64,000 nucleotides of DNA, taken from NCBI GenBank assembly GCA_963710435.1, contig CAVQAE010000009.1, forward strand, positions 21,159 through 85,158, written 5' to 3'. The first letter of the stretch is position 1. The number at the start of each line of letters is the position of its first letter. Positions 63,052-64,000 of the stretch are shown one piece after another. The position numbers and the translations under genes are program-made. Below the pieces are notes generated by a model. It ran no database searches. It worked only from the letters and a program-made list of their open reading frames with translations, and was not told the origin of the DNA. Origin of the DNA: an uncultured Gammaproteobacteria bacterium (lineage in GTDB: Bacteria; Pseudomonadota; Gammaproteobacteria; Steroidobacterales; Steroidobacteraceae).

Positions 63052-63062
63052 GAACAGTGTTC
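63052..63062. promoter_or_regulatory. Operator GAACAGTGTTC (perfect)
   Basis: It lies in the divergent region between the CAD-like ADH (62956) and the QOR-like gene (63081), and is followed by A7. Confidence 0.55.
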
Positions 63063-63080
63063 AAAAAAACAGGCAGCGCG

Positions 63081-64000
63081 GTGCGCGTCTATCGATGGCG
63101 GCAATTCGGCGACATGGCCGGGCTGAAGCTCGAGACGGCCGAGGCGTCCCGACCGGGGCCCACCGAGGTCAAGCTGCGGGTCCGGGCCAATTCATTGAAT
63201 CATCGCGACCTGCTGGTCGCCCGCGGCATGCCGCTGGGCGGACCGCTGCCGTCGGGGCTCGTACCGCTCTCGGATGGCGCCGGCGAGGTCCTCGAGGTCG
63301 GATCGCAAGTCACGCGCTTTCGCGCCGGGGACCGGGCGGTTGCGACGTTTCGTCAGGGATGGATCGACGGCGAGATGCGCGCGGAGCAGGTGAGTGGCGA
63401 TCTCGGTGGCCTCAAGGATGGCGTGCTGGCCGATGAAGTGGTGCTGAGTGAGGAGGGCCTCGTCAGCCTCCCCGCCCATTTAGGCTTCGAGGAGGCGGCC
63501 ACACTGCCGTGCGCCGCCGTCACCGCTTGGAATGCCGTCATCGTCAAAGGCGCGGTCAAGCCCGGCGACACGGTGCTCGTGCAAGGGACTGGCGGAGTCG
63601 CCATCTTTGCCTTGCAATTCGCGAAACTGGCGGGTGCAGAAGTGCTGGCGACCACGAGCTCGCCCGCCAAGGCCGCGCGGCTCGCCGAGCTCGGGGCCGA
63701 TGCCACCGTCGATCGACACGTCCATGCCGACTGGGATGCGGAGGTGCTGCGGCTGACGGGCGGGCGTGGCGTCGACTTGACGGTGGAGCTTGGCGGGGCG
63801 GGGACGATCAACCGCTCGCTCGCCGCGACGCGCATCGGCGGACGCTTGTGCATCGTCGGACTCTTGACGACGCCGACGGACGAGACGGCTTCCATGTTCA
63901 TGACCGCGTTCATGCGCAACGTGACCATCGCCTCGGTGCATACCGGCAGCCGTACGTCCTTCGAGGCGATGAATCGGGCGATCGTCCAAGCGCGCCTCCG
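63081..64000 (+). CDS. Quinone-oxidoreductase-like MDR dehydrogenase (partial; runs off the right edge)
   Basis: It is not in the track because there is no stop inside the window. My translation is VRVYRWRQFGDMAGLKLETAEASRPGPTEVKLRVRANSLNHRDLL...VLVQGTGGVAIFALQFAKLAGAEVLATTSS... The start is GTG 63081, with GTG 63057 as an alternative. The minus ORFs 63353..63928 and 63480..63989 are its antisense shadows. Confidence 0.75.
   Translation, partial: MRVYRWRQFGDMAGLKLETAEASRPGPTEVKLRVRANSLNHRDLLVARGMPLGGPLPSGLVPLSDGAGEVLEVGSQVTRFRAGDRAVATFRQGWIDGEMRAEQVSGDLGGLKDGVLADEVVLSEEGLVSLPAHLGFEEAATLPCAAVTAWNAVIVKGAVKPGDTVLVQGTGGVAIFALQFAKLAGAEVLATTSSPAKAARLAELGADATVDRHVHADWDAEVLRLTGGRGVDLTVELGGAGTINRSLAATRIGGRLCIVGLLTTPTDETASMFMTAFMRNVTIASVHTGSRTSFEAMNRAIVQARL

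Noticed and set aside
1-64000. I looked for rRNA, tRNA, CRISPR arrays, transposases, integrases, phage genes, toxin-antitoxin systems and defence systems.
   Set aside because: I saw none. There are no repeat-spacer arrays, no cloverleaf-like segments in the intergenic regions I read, and no ORF with recombinase, nuclease or defence-type motifs. The par/rep module is not flanked by recognisable IS ends.

Overview
The window is visibly GC-rich (about two-thirds G+C by eye, not computed) and densely coding. I support about 59 protein genes. I saw no rRNA, tRNA, CRISPR array, transposase or integrase. A TonB-dependent receptor indicates a Gram-negative (proteobacterial) host. Most of the window is a large catabolic island for lipid-like, alicyclic, terpenoid or steroid-like substrates handled as CoA thioesters. 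It holds 2 P450cam-like cytochromes P450, 7 SDRs, 6 crotonases, 3 AMP-forming and 1 ADP-forming acyl-CoA synthetase, an adjacent acyl-CoA dehydrogenase pair, a DUF35 plus SCP-x-type thiolase plus MaoC module, FadH, a CaiB-type CoA-transferase, a KstD-like flavoprotein, 2 luciferase-like monooxygenases, 4 NTF2/SnoaL domains, and IclR and LysR regulators. A plasmid/chromid-type maintenance module sits in the middle (25.8-29.9 kb): type Ia parA, parB, two copies of a perfect palindrome that I read as parS, a bidirectional terminator, a wHTH rep-like gene and a 417-bp non-coding tract. Five observations seem most worth a second look. (1) A shared operator, GAAC-N3-GTTC with AT-rich 8-bp extensions, occurs in at least 13 separate intergenic regions, which implies one regulator for the whole island. 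(2) An orphan LuxE/LuxC-type fatty-acid-reductase pair sits behind an extra AMP-ligase and next to a CAD-type alcohol dehydrogenase. (3) A translationally coupled operon encodes a KstD-like flavoprotein, TPP-E1 alpha, E1 beta and a free-standing 78-aa lipoyl domain, with no E2 core or E3. (4) A candidate antisense (ctRNA-like) transcript lies between parB and the rep-like gene. (5) The TonB-dependent receptor has its signal peptide in a different frame, separated from the mature protein by a C4/G4 run. All functional calls rest on motif and family recognition by eye. No database search was run.
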